Assembly: GCF_964194025.1 (NCBI RefSeq) | Contig: NC_134480.1 | Span: forward strand, 186,001 to 250,000 | From: Convolutriloba macropyga | Taxonomy: Eukaryota | Length of the DNA stretch: 64,000 nucleotides | Direction of reading: 5' to 3' | In this document: one piece after another, positions 1-14,901 of the stretch | How positions within the stretch are numbered: the first letter of the stretch is position 1 | Layout of the letters: every line of letters begins with the position of its first letter | The notes under the pieces: model-generated | Told to the model about the DNA's origin: nothing | Seen by the model: only the letters and a program-made list of their open reading frames with translations | Database searches by the model: none | Made by a program: the position numbers and the translations under genes

Positions 1-3000
1 TCCAATAAGCATGATTGGGATTGAAAGAACATTTTTAAGTCCGATTTATTTTGAGGGCATTTCGTAGTTGAACATAATTCTGTTTCTTAGAGAGAGGCTA
101 CTATCAATACCAATAAGCATAAGAGATGGTAACTAAGAATTATAGGAACGACGTTCAAATAGCGGGCATCTAAAATTGGGCTTTATGGGTTTATCCCGTT
201 TCTATTTCTGACTTCAATATTTTATTCTGACTCTGTTCAATTTGAATTGCTTTGCTGAGCAACTGATGTTCAAATTCACTTTTAGCAGATTGAGAGAACA
301 GAGAAACTAGCCTAGAGAAGTCAAAAAAGGTTTCAAGCAAACTGCTGACTAAGCGGCAAAATGGTAAAGCGAAAAAAAGTTTGACGAAGTAAAAAAACAT
401 AGCAGGACAAGTCCTGACGTACAATTCAAAGAATTTTCATGGACTAAACAGAAAACTAGAACTAGAACGGACTATGAATGGAGAGCGAGTGAGAAATGAC
501 GTCACGCGCGCAAATGCCGTTAGTGAGAGGAAAAAGTCATTCAGAAAATTTGGCTTTTTCAGCTTTGCTGTGTGAACAAATCTAAAACGAAAGAGCGTCA
601 GACGACGAAACAAAAAAACATAGCAGGACAAGTCCTGACGTACATTTCAAAGAATTTTCATTCACTAAACAGAAAAACTAGACTTAGAATGGCTATGAGT
701 GAATTGAGAAAACCATTTTTAAAAAAATCAGATAAAAAAAATAAAAAAATCAATGGCAAAATGCCGCATGTGAAAAAAACCAGAAGCGAGAAAGTAAAAT
801 TTAATTCCAACAAAAAAATTAGGCCTAGAATGAGCTGTGAATGGATTGGAAAAACCATTTAGAAAAAAGCCGATCCAAAAAACCGAAAAAAAACCAGTAA
901 AAATCAGAGTGAAATTGCCGCATGTGAACAAAAAACCACTACCGAGAAACCGAATTTTTGTTTAAACACCGTTTTCTCACTCTACTTTAAATTTAGAGCA
1001 AAAAAATTTCACGCCGCTAAACCACTCGCTTTTTCGCTCCACTTCCTGTTTCGGCGTGACCAAAATCACTACTCCAATTTGACTTCAAAAATCATGAAAA
1101 TGTGTGAACAGATCTTAAAAAAAAGACAGCGCCCCAATACAATTCAAATTCTTTGAATTGTAAAAAACCAAGAGCACCGCAATATAGCTACGCTCAGCTT
1201 ACAGCTTCGCAGCTATAAAAAAAGACAGCGCCCCAATACAATTCAAATTTCTTGAATTGTAAAAAGGAGAGCGCCTAAATAATAGCCGTTGAGAGGCTGA
1301 CGGCGGCTGTTAATAAAAGCTTCAAACATTGTTCGAGAGAAATTAAAAAGACATAGCACTATTACAATCTAAACTGTTTGAATTCTAAAAGTTGAGCGGC
1401 TAAATAATAGCCATTTGAGTAGGAGACGTTGCTCAATACTGCATACAGATGTTCCTATTTGCAAAAACGACTGAAAGGTTCACTCGAAAGCAATCGAAAT
1501 GATAACCGGCATATTTCCCAAATAGCTGCGAAAAAGAGTAACGTAAATTACAGAGAAGACAGGAACAGTTATTGAGCTAAATACATACCCGGCAGATTGA
1601 CGGAAAATAGCCGCCGTCGATTCCAATAAGCATGATTGGGATTGAAAGAACATTTTTAAGTCCGATTTATTTTGAGGGCATTTCGTAGTTGAACATAATT
1701 CTGTTTCTTAGAGAGAGGCTACTATCAATACCAATAAGCATAAGAGATGGTAACTAAGAATTATAGGAACGAAGTTCAAATAGCGGGCATCTAAAATTGG
1801 GCTTTATGGGTTTATCCCGTTTCTATTTCTGACTTCAATATTTTATTCTGACTCTGTTCAATTTGAATTGCATTGCTGAGCAACTGATGTTCAAATTCAC
1901 TTTTAGCAGAATGAGAGAACAGAGAAACTAGCCTAGAGAAGTCAAAAAAGATTTCAAGCAAACTGCTGACTAAGCGGCAAAATGATAAAGCGAAAAGTTC
2001 GACGAAGTTAAAAAAAACATAGCAGGACAACTCCTGACGTACAATTCAAAGAATTTTCATGGACTAAACAGAAAACTAGAACTAGAACGGACTATGAATG
2101 GATTGGGAAAACCATTTAGAAAAAAATCCAATCCAAAAAATCGAAAAAAACAGTAAAAATCAAAGTGAAATTGCCGCATGTGAACAAAAAACCACTAGCG
2201 AAAAAGCGAATTTTTGTTCAAACACCGTTTTCTCACTCTGATTTAAATTTAGAGCGAAACAAAATCACGCCGCAAAACCACTCGCTTTTTCGCTCAACTT
2301 CCTGTTTCGGCGTAACCAAAATCACTACTCCAATTTGACTTCAAAAATCATGAAAATGTGTGAACAGATCTTAAAAAAAAGACAGCGCCCCAATACAATT
2401 CAAATTCTTTGAATTGTAAAAAACCAAGAGCACCGCAATATAGCTACGCTCAGCTTACAGCTTCGCAGCTATAAAAAAAGACAGCGCCCCAATACAATTC
2501 AAATTTCTTGAATTGTAAAAAGGAGAGCGCCTAAATAATAGCCGTTGAGAGGCTGACGGCGGCTGTTAATAAAAGCTTCAAACATTGTTCGAGAGAAATT
2601 AAAAAGACATAGCACTATTACAATCTAAACTGTTTGAATTCTAAAAGTTGAGCGGCTAAATAATAGCCATTTGAGTAGGAGACGTTGCTCAATACTGCAT
2701 ACAGATGTTCCTATTTGCAAAAACGACTGAAAGGTTCACTCGAAAGCAATCGAAATGATAACCGGCATATTTCCCAAATAGCTGCGAAATAGAGTAACGT
2801 AAATTACAGAGAAGATAGGAACAGTTATTGAGCTAAATACATACCCGGCAGATTGACGGAAAATAGCCGCCGTCGATTCCAATAAGCATGATTGGGATTG
2901 AAAGAACATTTTTAAGTCCGATTTATTTTGAGGGCATTTCGTAGTTGAACATAATTCTGTTTCTTAGAGAGAGGCTACTATCAATACCAATAAGCATAAG

Positions 3001-6000
3001 AGATGGTAACTAAGAATTATAGGAACGAAGTTCAAATAGCGGGCATCTAAAATTGGGCTTTATGGGTTTATCCCGTTTCTATTTCTGACTTCAATATTTT
3101 ATTCTGACTCTGTTCAATTTGAATTGCATTGCTGAGCAACTGATGTTCAAATTCACTTTTAGCAGAATGAGAGAACAGAGAAACTAGCCTAGAGAAGTCA
3201 AAAAAGATTTCAAGCAAACTGCTGACTAAGCGGCAAAATGATAAAGCGAAAAGTTCGACGAAGTTAAAAAAAACATAGCAGGACAACTCCTGACGTACAA
3301 TTCAAAGAATTTTCATGGACTAAACAGAAAACTAGAACTAGAACGGACTATGAATGGATTGGGAAAACCATTTAGAAAAAAATCCAATCCAAAAAATCGA
3401 AAAAAACAGTAAAAATCAAAGTGAAATTGCCGCATGTGAACAAAAAACCACTAGCGAAAAAGCGAATTTTTGTTCAAACACCGTTTTCTCACTCTACTTT
3501 AAATTTAGAGCGAAACAAAATCACGCCGCAAAACCACTCGCTTTTTCGCTCAACTTCCTGTTTCGGCGTGACCAAAATCACTACTCCAATTTGACTTCAC
3601 AAATCATGAAAATGTGCGAACAGATCTTTAAAAAAAGACAGCGCCCCAATACAATTCAAATTCTTTGAATTGTAAAAAATTAGGAGCGCTATAATAGCCG
3701 GCTGAGAAAATGAGGGCGGCTATTAATGATGTAGTTGTTGATGCAATCCATAAAGGTTATTTAAAACTCAATGGGTTTCATTTTAACTTACTGAAAATTC
3801 TAACTCAATTATTGATTTCATTTGCTCCCTAAACCTTAATTTTACTAGCCGATTTTTATAGACCTTGCAAGATTCAGAGTAGCCTGAAATGATTTTAAAA
3901 AGTCATTTAGAGAGTTAGGTAAGTCATTGATTATTCAAAAAACCTAGCACGCAATTCAGGTTGAAAAGTCTCTGTTAATGACTGTCACACGTGATGTAAC
4001 ACGCAAAAAAGCACAGGAAGAGCGTTGTGTTGTTGTTAATAAACCGCTTCTTTGAAATTTGTGGCGTGAAAAGAAGTAAAACGAAAAAAAAGCGTCGCAC
4101 GACCGAAAAATTGCCCGAAGATTGCCAGAAAGTGGCCTCCGTTAAACGCATCTACCAACGTTGGGATTGATTAGGCTAGAGAAAAAACGTAGAAAAAAAT
4201 TACGACAGCAAATTTTTTCCAAAAGTCAAAAAGTGTTCTAAGTTAATTCGCAAATTCATTAGAATTGCCAAATATGGTGAATTCCGCCTGTAAATTCGAA
4301 CACAATGAACTTAATACTAATACCAGTGAGCAGTCTACTCTGAGGACAATTGATAACGTACAGCACGAAGTCTTAAAATAAAATAAAGTCTTAGTGACAG
4401 CTTCATTGGTTTATCCAAACTCTTTTGGTTTTGCTTTTTGACCTTGACCGAATCTAAAAGGACAATGCTTTATACAATCATTGACACTGCGCATCCGTAG
4501 AAGTCGCAAACCGTACAACAATCTTTCCAAAATCGAAGAGACGAAATAAAAGGGGGTAAGTGCGCAATTTGTCAAAAAATCAGAAACTTTACTAAAAATT
4601 AGTGCCCTAAAAAACCAAAAATACAACTACGAACTAAAAACCTTAACCACATTATACTATAAATAAAAATTTTGTTCAAACACCAATTTCAAACTCGACA
4701 TAAAGAAAATAGCTAGAACTAGAACGGACTATGAATGGAGAGCGAGTGAGAAATGACGTCACGCGCGCAAATGCCGTTAGTGAGAGGAAGAAGTCATTCA
4801 GAAAATTTGACTTTTTCAGCTTTGCTGTTTGAACAAATGTAAAACGAAAGAGCGTCAGACGACGAAACAAAAAAACATAGCAGGACAAGTCCTGACATAC
4901 ATTTCAAAGAATTTTCATTGACTAAACAGAAAAACTAGACTTAGAATGGACTATGAGTGAATTGAGAAAACCATTTTTAAAAAAATCAGATAAAAAAATA
5001 AGAAAAAAAATCAATGGCAAAATGCCGCATGTGAACAAAAAAACCACTAGCGAGAAATTAAATTTTAATTCCAACAAAAAAATTAGGCCTAGAATGAGCT
5101 GTGAATGGATTGGAAAAACCATTTAGAAAAAAGCCGTTCCAAAAAACCGAAAAAAAACAGTAAAAATCAGAGTGAAATTGCCGCATGTGAACAAAAAACC
5201 ACTACCGAGAAACCGAATTTTTGTTTAAACACCGTTTTCTCGCTCTACTTTAGAATTAGAGCAAAAAAATCAGGCCGCAAAACTAATCGCTTTTTCGCTC
5301 CATTTCCTGTTTTGGCGTGACCAAATTCACTACTCCAATTTGACTTCAAAAATCATGAAAATGTGTGAACAGATCTTAAAAAAAAGACAGCGCCCCAATA
5401 CAATTCAAATTCTTTGAATTGTAAAAAACCAAGCGCACCGCAATATAGCTACGCTCAGCTTACAGCTTCGCAGCTATAAAAAAAGACAACGCCCCAAAAC
5501 AATTCAAATTTCTTGAATTGTAAAAAGGAGAGCGCCTAAATAATAGCCGTTGAGAGGCTGACGGCGGCTGTTAATAATAGCTTCAAACATTGTTCGAGAG
5601 AAATTAAAAAGACATAGCACTATTACAATCTAAACTGTTTGGATTCTAAAAGTTGAGCGGCTAAATAATAGCCATTTGAGTAGGAGACGTTGCTCAATAT
5701 TGCATACAGATGTTCCTATTTGCAAAAACGACTGAAAGGTTCACTCGAAAGCAATCGAAATGATAACCGGCATAATTCCCAAATAGCTGCGAAATAGAGT
5801 AACGTAAAATACAGATAAGATAGGAAGAGATATTGAGCTAAATACATACCCGGAAGATTGACGGAAAATAGCCGCCGTCGATTCCAATGAGCATGATTGG
5901 GATTGAAAGAACATTTTTAAGTCCAATTTATTTTGAGGGCATTTCGTAGTTGAACATAATTCTGTTTCTTAGAGAGAGGCTACTGTCAATACCAATAAGC

Positions 6001-8712
6001 ATAAGAGATGGTAACTAAGAATTATAGGAACGACGTTCAAATAGCGGGCATCTAAAATTGGGCTTTATGGGTTTATCCCGTTTCTATTTCTGACTTCAAT
6101 ATTTTATTCTGACTCTGTTCAATTTGAATTGCTTTGCTGAGCTACTGATGTTCAAATTCACTTTTAGCAGAATGAGAGAACAGAGAAACTAGCCTAGAGA
6201 AGTCAAAAAAGATTTCAAGCAAACTGCTGACTAAGCGGCAAAATGGTAAAGCGAAAAAAAGTTCGACGAAGTAAAAAAAACATAGCAGGACAACTCCTGA
6301 CGTACAATTCAAAGAATTTTCATGGACTAAACAGAAAACTAGAACTAGAACGGACTATGAATGGATTGGGAAAACCATTTAGAAAAAAATCCAATCCAAA
6401 AAATCGAAAAAAAACAGTAAAAATCAAAGTGAAATTGCCGCATGTGAACAAAAACCCACTAGCGAAAAAGCGAATTTTTGTTCAAACACCGTTTTCTCAC
6501 TCTACTTCAAATTAAGAGCGAAACAAATTCACGCCGCAAAACCACTCGCTTTTTCGCTCCACTTCCTGTTTCGGCGTGACCAAAATCACTACTCCAATTT
6601 GACTTCAAAAATCATGAAAATGTGCGAACAGATCTTAAAAAAAAGACAGCGCCCCAATACAATTCAAATTCTTTGAATTGTAAAAAATTAGGAGCGCTAT
6701 AATAGCCGGCTGAGAAAATGAGGGCGGCTATTAATGATGTAGTTGTTGATGCAATCCATAAAAGTTATTTAAAACTCAATGTGTTTCATTTTAACTTACT
6801 GAAAATTCTAACTCAATTATTGATTTCATTTGCTCCCTAAACCTTAATTTTACTAGCCGATTTTTATAGACCTTGCAAGATTCAGAGTAGCCTGAAATGA
6901 TTTTAAAAAGTCATTTAGAGAGTTAGGTAAGTCATTGATTATTCAAAAAACCTAGCACGCAATTCAGATTGAAAAGTCTCTGTTAATGACTGTCACACGT
7001 GATGTAACACGCAAAAAAGCACAGGAAGAGCGTTAAGTTGTTGTTAATAAACCGCTTCTTTGAAATTTGTGGCGTGAAAAGAAGTAAAACGAAAAAAAAG
7101 CGTCGCACGACCGAAAAATTGCCCGAAGATTGCCGGAAAGTGGCCTCCGTTAAACGCATCTACCAACGTTGGGATTGATTAGGCTAGAGAAAAAACGTAG
7201 AAAAAAATTACGACAGCAAATTTTTTCCCAAAGTCAAAAAGTGTTCTAATTTAATTCGCAGTTTCATTAGAATTGCCAAATATGGTGAATTCCGCCTGTA
7301 AATTCGAACACAATGAGCTTAATACTAATACCAGTAAGCAGTCTACTCTGAGGACAATTGATAACGTACAGCACGAAGTCTTAAAATAAAATAAAGTCTT
7401 AGTGACAGCTTCATTGGTTTATCCAAACTCTTTTGGTTTCGCTTTTTGACCTTGACCGAATCTAAAAGGACAATGCTTTATACAATCATTGACACTGCGC
7501 ATCCGTAGAAGTCGCAAACCGTACAACAATCTTTCCAAAATCAAAGAGACGAAATAAAAGGGGTACGTGCGCAATTTGTCAAAAAATCAGAAATTTTACT
7601 AAAAATTAGTGCCCTAGAAACCAAAAATACAACTACGAACTAAAAACCTTAACCACATTATACTATAAATGAAAATTTTGTTCAAACACCAATTTCAAAC
7701 TCGACATAAAGAAAATAAGAACATAGCCGGCAGATTGCCGGAATAGCTGCGAAAGAATAGACCTGCGCGCCATATAATAGAGATAGAAACAGATACAGAT
7801 CTAAAATGAAAAAAAAATCGACGCCGCTCAAAAAACTAGGCTAAAAAACATTCAGCGATAAATTAATAAAGCTTGTTAAAATTCATTCCACAGAAGCCTC
7901 TTATTGGGGACCTTTACTGCACATATGAGACTAAACAGAAAACTAGACATATAACGGACTATTAATGGATTAGGAAAAACCATTTAGAAAGAAAATCGAA
8001 AAAACAGTAAAAATCAAAGACAAATTAAATTCCCTTATGTGAACAAAAAACCACTAGCGAGAAAGCGAATTTTTGTTCAAACACTGTTTTCTCACTCTAC
8101 TTTAAAATTAGAGCGCAAAAATTTCACGCCGCAAAACCACTCGCCTTTTCGCTCCACTTCCTGTTTCGGCGTGACCAAAATCCCGACTCCAATTTGACTT
8201 CAAAAATCATGAAAATGTGTGAACAGATCTTAAAAAAAACATAGCAGGACAAGTCCTGACGTACAATTCAAAGAATTTTCCTTGACTAAACAGAAAACTA
8301 GACCTCGAACGGCCTGTGAATGGATTGGGAAAACCATTTAGAAAAAAATCCGATCCAAAAAATCGAAAAAACCTTAAAAATCAAAGTGAAATTGCCGCAT
8401 GTGAACAAAAAACCACTAGCGAGAAAGCGAATTTTTGTTCAAACACCGTTTTCTCACTCTACTTTAAATTTAGAGCAAAAAAATTTCACGCCGCTAAACC
8501 ACTCGCTTTTTCGCTCCACTTCCTGTTTCGGCGTGACCAAAATCACTACTCCAATTTGACTTCAAAAATCATGAAAATGTGTGAACAGATCTTTAAAAAA
8601 AAGACAGCGCCCCAATACAATTCAAATTCTTTGAATTGTAAAAATTCTTTGAATTGTAAAAAACTAAGAGCACCGCATTATAGCTACGCTCAGCTTACAG
8701 CTTTGCAGCTAT
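1..8712. repeat. Mosaic tandem array built from nested Helentron/DINE-1-like non-autonomous elements
   Basis: GACAGCGCCCC module recurs at 1125, 2381, 3637 (period 1256). Block 3640-4710 recurs at about 6645-7715 (offset 3008). 455-1340 resembles 4712-5600. The short ORFs here are repeat translations. Confidence 0.85.
7722..8712 (-). mobile_element. Helentron-like non-autonomous element (subTIR ATAGCTGCGAA) with a nested family-B element at 8240-8657
   Basis: Left end CATAGC-CGGCAGATTGCCG hairpin-ATAGCTGCGAA; right end TTTGCAGCTAT; A-tract flanks; inner element bounded by TACAATTCAAAGAA / TTCTTTGAATTGTA. Confidence 0.65.
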
Positions 8713-9523
8713 AAAAATATTGCACCTCAAGCACACTCACTTTTTCGCTCCCTTTACTACTACAACGCGTTTAAAGTCACCACATTAATTGGACTTTTCA
8801 TTGACATCAAAAAATTGAAAAATGTGTGAACAGACCTTAAAAAAGAGCACCCCAAAAAAAATCTTCGGATTGTTTCGGATGCTATATTTTATAGATCATT
8901 CACACTTTTTTCGATGCAATGAGAAAGAAATACTTTGGACTTTTAATATTAAACAACCGCCAAATGAGTTCGGCTCCTTCAAAATGAAATACCCGATGAG
9001 CGGGTAATATATATCTCGCAAAACGCAAGAAGTCGAGGACACGACAAACGGTCAAGATCGCGTAAAAAGACACATTTACAATAATGACTTAAAACTTCGT
9101 TCGAGAGCAATTAATAAAATTCGGGATTTTTCCTATTTGAAACTTGGCCCTCCTATGCCGGTTATGAGCCAAAGTTCATTTGGCTCGGTGATAGCACGTT
9201 TCTATAGGTCAAAATTATGTGCTCCTAATAGGGTGAACTTGAGAAGAGAATAGATCGACTACTGTCATATTGACCTTGAGGTAGTTGAGGAGGCCTCACG
9301 CGGAGAATAGGAGAGGGTTTGGAGAAGGAAATTGAGGGTATTGACACAGCAACATCTGAAGTGCTGCTTAGCTAAAACAAATCAAAATTAACGTTTCTAA
9401 TTTTGTTTTCGATCAAGTCCTAGCACCAATTCACGAATAAACTATTTAAGATATTTTGTATTGAGTTGTTGCTATTTCATTAGAGATACTATCAGCTCTA
9501 TATATCTAATTTCTTCATTTAAA

Positions 9524-11376
9524 CATAGCCGGCAGATTGCCGGAAAATAGCCGCGATAGACGCTTGGGGCCTTCCATGAATTGAAACAACTAAAGAGATT
9601 AGATAGACAGATCGACCACCAGTCCTTTAATAGACCACTAGACTTTTTGAGTTAGCTTTGGATTGTCATTTTTATGAGACAAAAGCTCTATAAGGAGAAA
9701 GCCCTAATATGGCTTTTCAAAATTAGGATCTTTTCCGTTTGTGCCCCCTCAGCTTAGTGGGCGCATATTATTTGCACCCCTCAGATGCACGTGCGATATT
9801 TTTACTTAATGACTTACTATGTAATGGCACGTGCTCTGTAACTGGGGGGGGGGGGGGCATAACGTACTGGGGGCACAAACGGAGAAGATCCCAAAATTAA
9901 TATTCGAAATCAAAAACTCAAAAGACTCTAATAATCAAGAATTAGGGCATATATGTTTGGCACTACTTAGATGCACACTATTGACCTTTAACAAGTATTT
10001 GTTCATAAAATTTAAAGTTCCATAAGTGAGTTCAGAAGTCATTTTTTTAGTGAGGTAAGTCATTGAAAAAGTCAATTCCAAGAAGTCAGGGTAAGACGAA
10101 ACAAAAATCTGTTAGACGAAGTAAAAAAAACTTAGCAGGACAAGTCCTGAAATACAATTCAAAGAATTGAATGAAAAACTTAGAAGTACTCTACGTGACC
10201 AGCAGATCAATTGAACAACGCCAGCCAAACACAAACGAAACGATCTCGAAAAATTGAGAATCTAAAACGATCTAAACAAACTAAATTGATCCCTCTAAGA
10301 ATACCTATTTCAAAAATATGTTCAAAACCAATTTTTGTTTCTGAAATCGGTAACTCGAAAATGATCATTTTTTTAATGAAATTAATTGTAAATTATAAGG
10401 AAATGTTGCTGGAAATCGTGATATTAAAATCATTTCTGTGTCTCTAGAGGTTATCAAGTAACCCAATTCCAAGCCTTAAAAATCATTGGCTCATAAAGAT
10501 CGCTAGGCAATAATCTTTAGAATAAATATCAGATTTCAGTAAATAGAAATTCGTTTTATTAAAATGTAAATTTCATTTTTAAAATTTTTAAATTTCGAAA
10601 AGTTAAATTGATGAAAACAAGTCCATTGAAACTAACAACCATGCACTAACTTTTTATCAGACTGCGGAATAGGTTTTCTGGCACTTGAGAATGGACAAAT
10701 ACCAAAGGTTGACAAAAATTTTAGGAAACTAACAAAAATTGCAGTTTTTATTAAAAAAATGCTAAAATTCGAGACATTAAAATGTTGAAAACCAATTGTT
10801 AAAATTGTTAATAAAAACTATACAGTGCCCTATTATCAAACTTTAAAGGAGATTTCCTGGTTCCTCAAGCTGGAAAAACTCCAAAAATGACAAAAATTTT
10901 CAAAAAACTTAAAAAAAAATTGCAAAAATTAGTATCGTATTGCGTGTTTGTAGTACCAAAACATATAGCTCATAAAATGGTCAAAACAAGTAATTATGTC
11001 TCGCAAAAGGCCTTCGTCAACTTTTAAAAACTTCAACCTAAGACTAATTGAACAAAAAACTGCAAAAAAAATCACGAAAAACATGGAAAAAATGCACCAT
11101 TTTGAGCCAAAAACTCCCAAAAATGACCTTTTAACCTTAAATTAAGGAATCTCAGCAGCTGCACCACTCTAAGCACTTGAAGGACTACTATAGCCCACTT
11201 TGGGCCTCTAATGAAACTTAATGCCCTGTTTATCCCGTTTTGAAAGATCAAAGTCATTGAAAAATGTGTAACACATCTTAAAAAAACACAGCGCCCCAAT
11301 ACCATTCAAATTCTTTGAATTGTAAAAAAAATTAGGAGCGCTATAATAGCCGCCTGGAATTGAGAACGCGGCTATT
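9524..11376 (-). mobile_element. Helentron-like element (family A, subTIR AATAGCCGC) with nested family-B element at 10131-11323
   Basis: CATAGC-CGGCAGATTGCCG-GAAAATAGCCGC at left; AATAGCCGC...GCGGCTATT at right. SubTIR + internal IR + terminal hairpin in T-tracts is DINE-1/HINE architecture on the minus strand. Confidence 0.7.
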
Positions 11377-11494
11377 AAAAAACATTATTTAAAAAAATTT
11401 CCACAGTTCTGTCAGAAAAGTCCCCATGTTTTATGAGACTAGTTTTTAATACTTAATAGCAGCCAGCTCAGATCAGATCTAGAACTAGGATTAC

Positions 11495-11592
11495 CTGTTT
11501 CTGGTACTGTTGATTGGCATTGTCTATTTCCTTCATCCAGGTATCCACGGGACATTTGAAGAACTCAATGTACATCAGTCCAGTATTACTGT
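11495..11592 (-). CDS. WDR93: WDR93-like gene, coding exon 5 (gene probably continues left, further exons not found)
   Basis: ttccag acceptor, gtaatc donor; phase 1 matches exon 4; encodes NSNTGLMYIEFFKCPVDTWMKEIDNANQQYQKQ, resembling vertebrate WDR93 LDVYKLPKETWLKK as recalled. Confidence 0.75.
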
Positions 11593-11885
11593 CTGGAAGG
11601 AAACAAAACTCAATTAATAAATATTAATTTACAGATGTGTGATTTTGGTATCGGTTAGTTAATACAGCAGTACTGCGAGATAACTGTTCATTAACATTGA
11701 AAATTACGCCAACAATCCAATAATACTGCTACCTCTTGCATCAAATATACAGTTATGTTGGCTATTAAGCAAACTGTCCAATAATCGGTTGTATATATAC
11801 ATGTATTAAAGGTAATAAACTCAAACTTACTCCAAAGCATACACTACCAATTGGGTAGAGAAAGTAGCTATTAATATCTGCTTAC

Positions 11886-12054
11886 TTTTCACATAAAGAG
11901 CTAGGGCCGTAGCATCATGAGCAAGCCATGAGTTCACACAGGTTACTTTGGCCTGGAACGTATCCCCTTCATTCAACACCTTCACAAAGTGGATCTTGTC
12001 GAGGGCAGTGACGAATAGACGACAGGATTCTGACTCATCCTCGGCTATCACCAC
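11886..12054 (-). CDS. WDR93: WDR93-like gene, coding exon 4
   Basis: ttgcag acceptor, gtaagc donor; VVIAEDESESCRLFVTALDKIHFVKVLNEGD...; phases 0/1 join the neighbouring exons in frame. Confidence 0.75.
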
Positions 12055-13881
12055 CTGCAAATGAAGCAGATGGGTAATCTCGTTCACCAATTGTCCCTTC
12101 CTCAGTGAACAAAAGTTTTCTTCGTAAGTCTGTGTGAAAAAACTGATGCACGTTCTGATCATATAGACTAATATGTAGGGAACTAACCATTACGCATAAC
12201 GGTGCCAGGACAACAAAATACCCAAAGAAAAAATTTCCAAAAGATACTCAATATTTAACTATATTAAAATAATCACCAGAGAGACAGTTTAGCATTATAA
12301 TGACTGAAAGATAACTTATAACATAATCAAACATAAGATGAGTTATCTGCTTGAGAATGACCAAACATCCTTCCAATAACATCTGCTAATTTTCGACAGG
12401 ATTATTCAACGAAGAGATCAAAGTGAATAAATTTAGTACTGTGTCTTAGGTACATTGTTATGTAACCACATATATAACAAAGTTACAAGATTATTAAGTA
12501 TCAATAATGGAGGGCGTAATCACGGGGTCACAGGGCAAAGCGGGGGGGGGGGGGGGGGGGGGTTAAGGTTGATTACGGCCGCCATTCTAATTTTCAAAAC
12601 ATGCCGCTAGGAAGAGCTATGTGATCCTCTAATACTAGTAAGCAAGGTTTCATGGAGAAAATGGTAGATCGAGAAACTGTTTCAAAAGGCTCTTTAAAAA
12701 TATCTCTTTGGTTGAACTAATATAGCTGGCAGCTTGCCAAAATAGATGTGATTGCTCGCCATACGTGATTTGAATACAGATAGCAAGATTTATTAATCTC
12801 GATTGATAAAGTTGTCAAAACAATCGCCCAACTTTGTTTTAATAATTGAATGCTTCGTAAAAAACAAAATTAAATTTTTCTGAAGCCTCACTTATAACAG
12901 GCTTAATTAAGAACTTATCCTTTGTTGACCTTGAGAAGAGATCCAAGTGACCTAAAAAAGGGTGGAGTTGTACCTCCTCAGCAGCTTCGGTGCACTTAAA
13001 CACTTAGAAACTAGTAAGTAAAGCCCGAAGAGAGCTACACAGAAACTGAATGCCCTCGTACTTTTACACCTAATTCACTTGTTAAGGACCAAATGCAAGT
13101 CAATTAAGACAAAAAAGTGATCAGGCGACAAATCGCATAAGACGAGCATGACCCAAAAACTGCTACAAACTTAGTTTGAGAGCAAATATTTATTCATTCT
13201 GAATGAGAACCGGCACCACCAGTTTTTTCACTCAATGGACACTTGAAAAAATATATATTTCCATGAGTTTCCACTGAACTAACAGCTTCAACGCAGATCA
13301 TTAGAGACAAACATGGGAAAAACGCTTCAATATAATTTATTGAAATGTTTTTATACATGTATTTTTTTAGCTCAATGTATCTTTGGGTCACGAAACCTTT
13401 CCTAATGCATATATCGAATGATCAGAAAAAGCTAATCTTAATTCAATTAGGAAAAGCGCACTATACATTTTTGATTAATTTATTTAGGCATTATCTAGTG
13501 CTTTCTAAAGGCATCAATTGAATTCAGCAATGCCCTTCACGCCCTGCATTTCTGCTTACTCAGTAGTTTCGGGGTGAACTGTTGACTTTTGAGCCTACTA
13601 AAGCTCTAAGAGCTGCTCAGACACTTAAAGCCCTCAGGTTTTATAATTTAATCCCGTTTTTGAAGCCAGAAATTCCACTAAGTTCGAGAGCAATTAAAAC
13701 TAACTTTCAATTATAGTTACAATTGTAAAAGTACCTTCTGATTCTACCTATGCAGTTTTATCTAGCTTATGTCTTGAACACATTCACCGCTTAATTGCTT
13801 CACACTTCATTCGAGGGCAATTAAACAATCATTTTGCGAGAGGGGAGAGGGATACTCAATTGAACAGATCCATAATATCAC

Positions 13882-14067
13882 CTGAACACTTTCAGCAAGT
13901 GGAGCCACTTTGATCGACTTCAGTTTGATTGGTTCCTCAGTCCACTCCATGACCAACTCATGTGATGCACTGTCAAAGATGGCCAGTTTATTGTCACTTG
14001 TTCCAGCGTACAACCAGGCTGCATTGTTATCCGGAGACGGGCACATGCAACGCACATCGTGACAATT
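13882..14067 (-). CDS. WDR93: WDR93-like gene, coding exon 3
   Basis: tttag acceptor, gtgata donor, 186 nt phase 0/0; WD40-like NCHDVRCMCPSPDNNAAWLYAGTSDNKLAIFD. Confidence 0.75.
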
Positions 14068-14901
14068 CTAAACAAATTTGTATAATTAGTAACAGACCCA
14101 TTGTCAGGCTCAGTAAAGTGTTACTTTCAGTTCAGTTGTGTCTGGATCCACTTATGGTCTGGGGACAATGAGGGTAGCCATATTGATTGTTATATCAAAA
14201 TCTAGCTGTCCAACAAGCTATCCGTTAATGTTGACAAAACAATTTAAGGGATTAAGAGAAAGATAGACAGATGCGATCTTTTTTGTTGTACCCCGTACTT
14301 TATGCACCCCCAGTTACAGAGAACGGGCAGTACTAATATAAATTATTGTGTATAAAAAAGATTAAAAAAAAGATCCGAAAGGCCATACTCATTTACAATT
14401 CTACAAACGGTGTTTTCCACAAAGATAACAAAGCTGGTAGATTGCAGCTTGAACGCTTCGTAAATCTGCAGTCTCATAAATTTAACAAGAAAAACAGACC
14501 GAAAAAGAGAAATTCTCTTTTTATTAATTGCTGGGAAGTTTTATTTTGATTTGCATTTTATACTTATGTGTGTTAGAGGAAATTAACAAATGTTTTCATT
14601 ACAAATCTGTGTGAACAAAAACTTTTATTGCACCTGAGACGTCCATTTCTTGTCCGAAAACAATTATTCTTTACCAGAGTTAACTAGAAGATTTGGTGAA
14701 ACCTTGTAACGGGTTTGCAGCAATTCAGCATTGACAGCAATGAAGCCGGCAAAAAATACGTCATTCAGAAAACAAACAGATAATCACTAAGATCTAAATC
14801 TTAAGCGGAAATTTTGAGAGCGAAAACGAGAAATCTTGAAACCCGCAAAAATATTAAGGTTGACAGAAGTTCCAAAAATGACCCGGTTAATAAATGTCAC
14901 G

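Noticed and set aside
191-11305. Short ORFs in the left repeat region
   Set aside because: Low-complexity translations of non-coding repeats that are not conserved between copies.
12542-12562. Poly-G tracts as functional G-quadruplexes
   Set aside because: Frequent, variable in length between duplicates, no supporting context.
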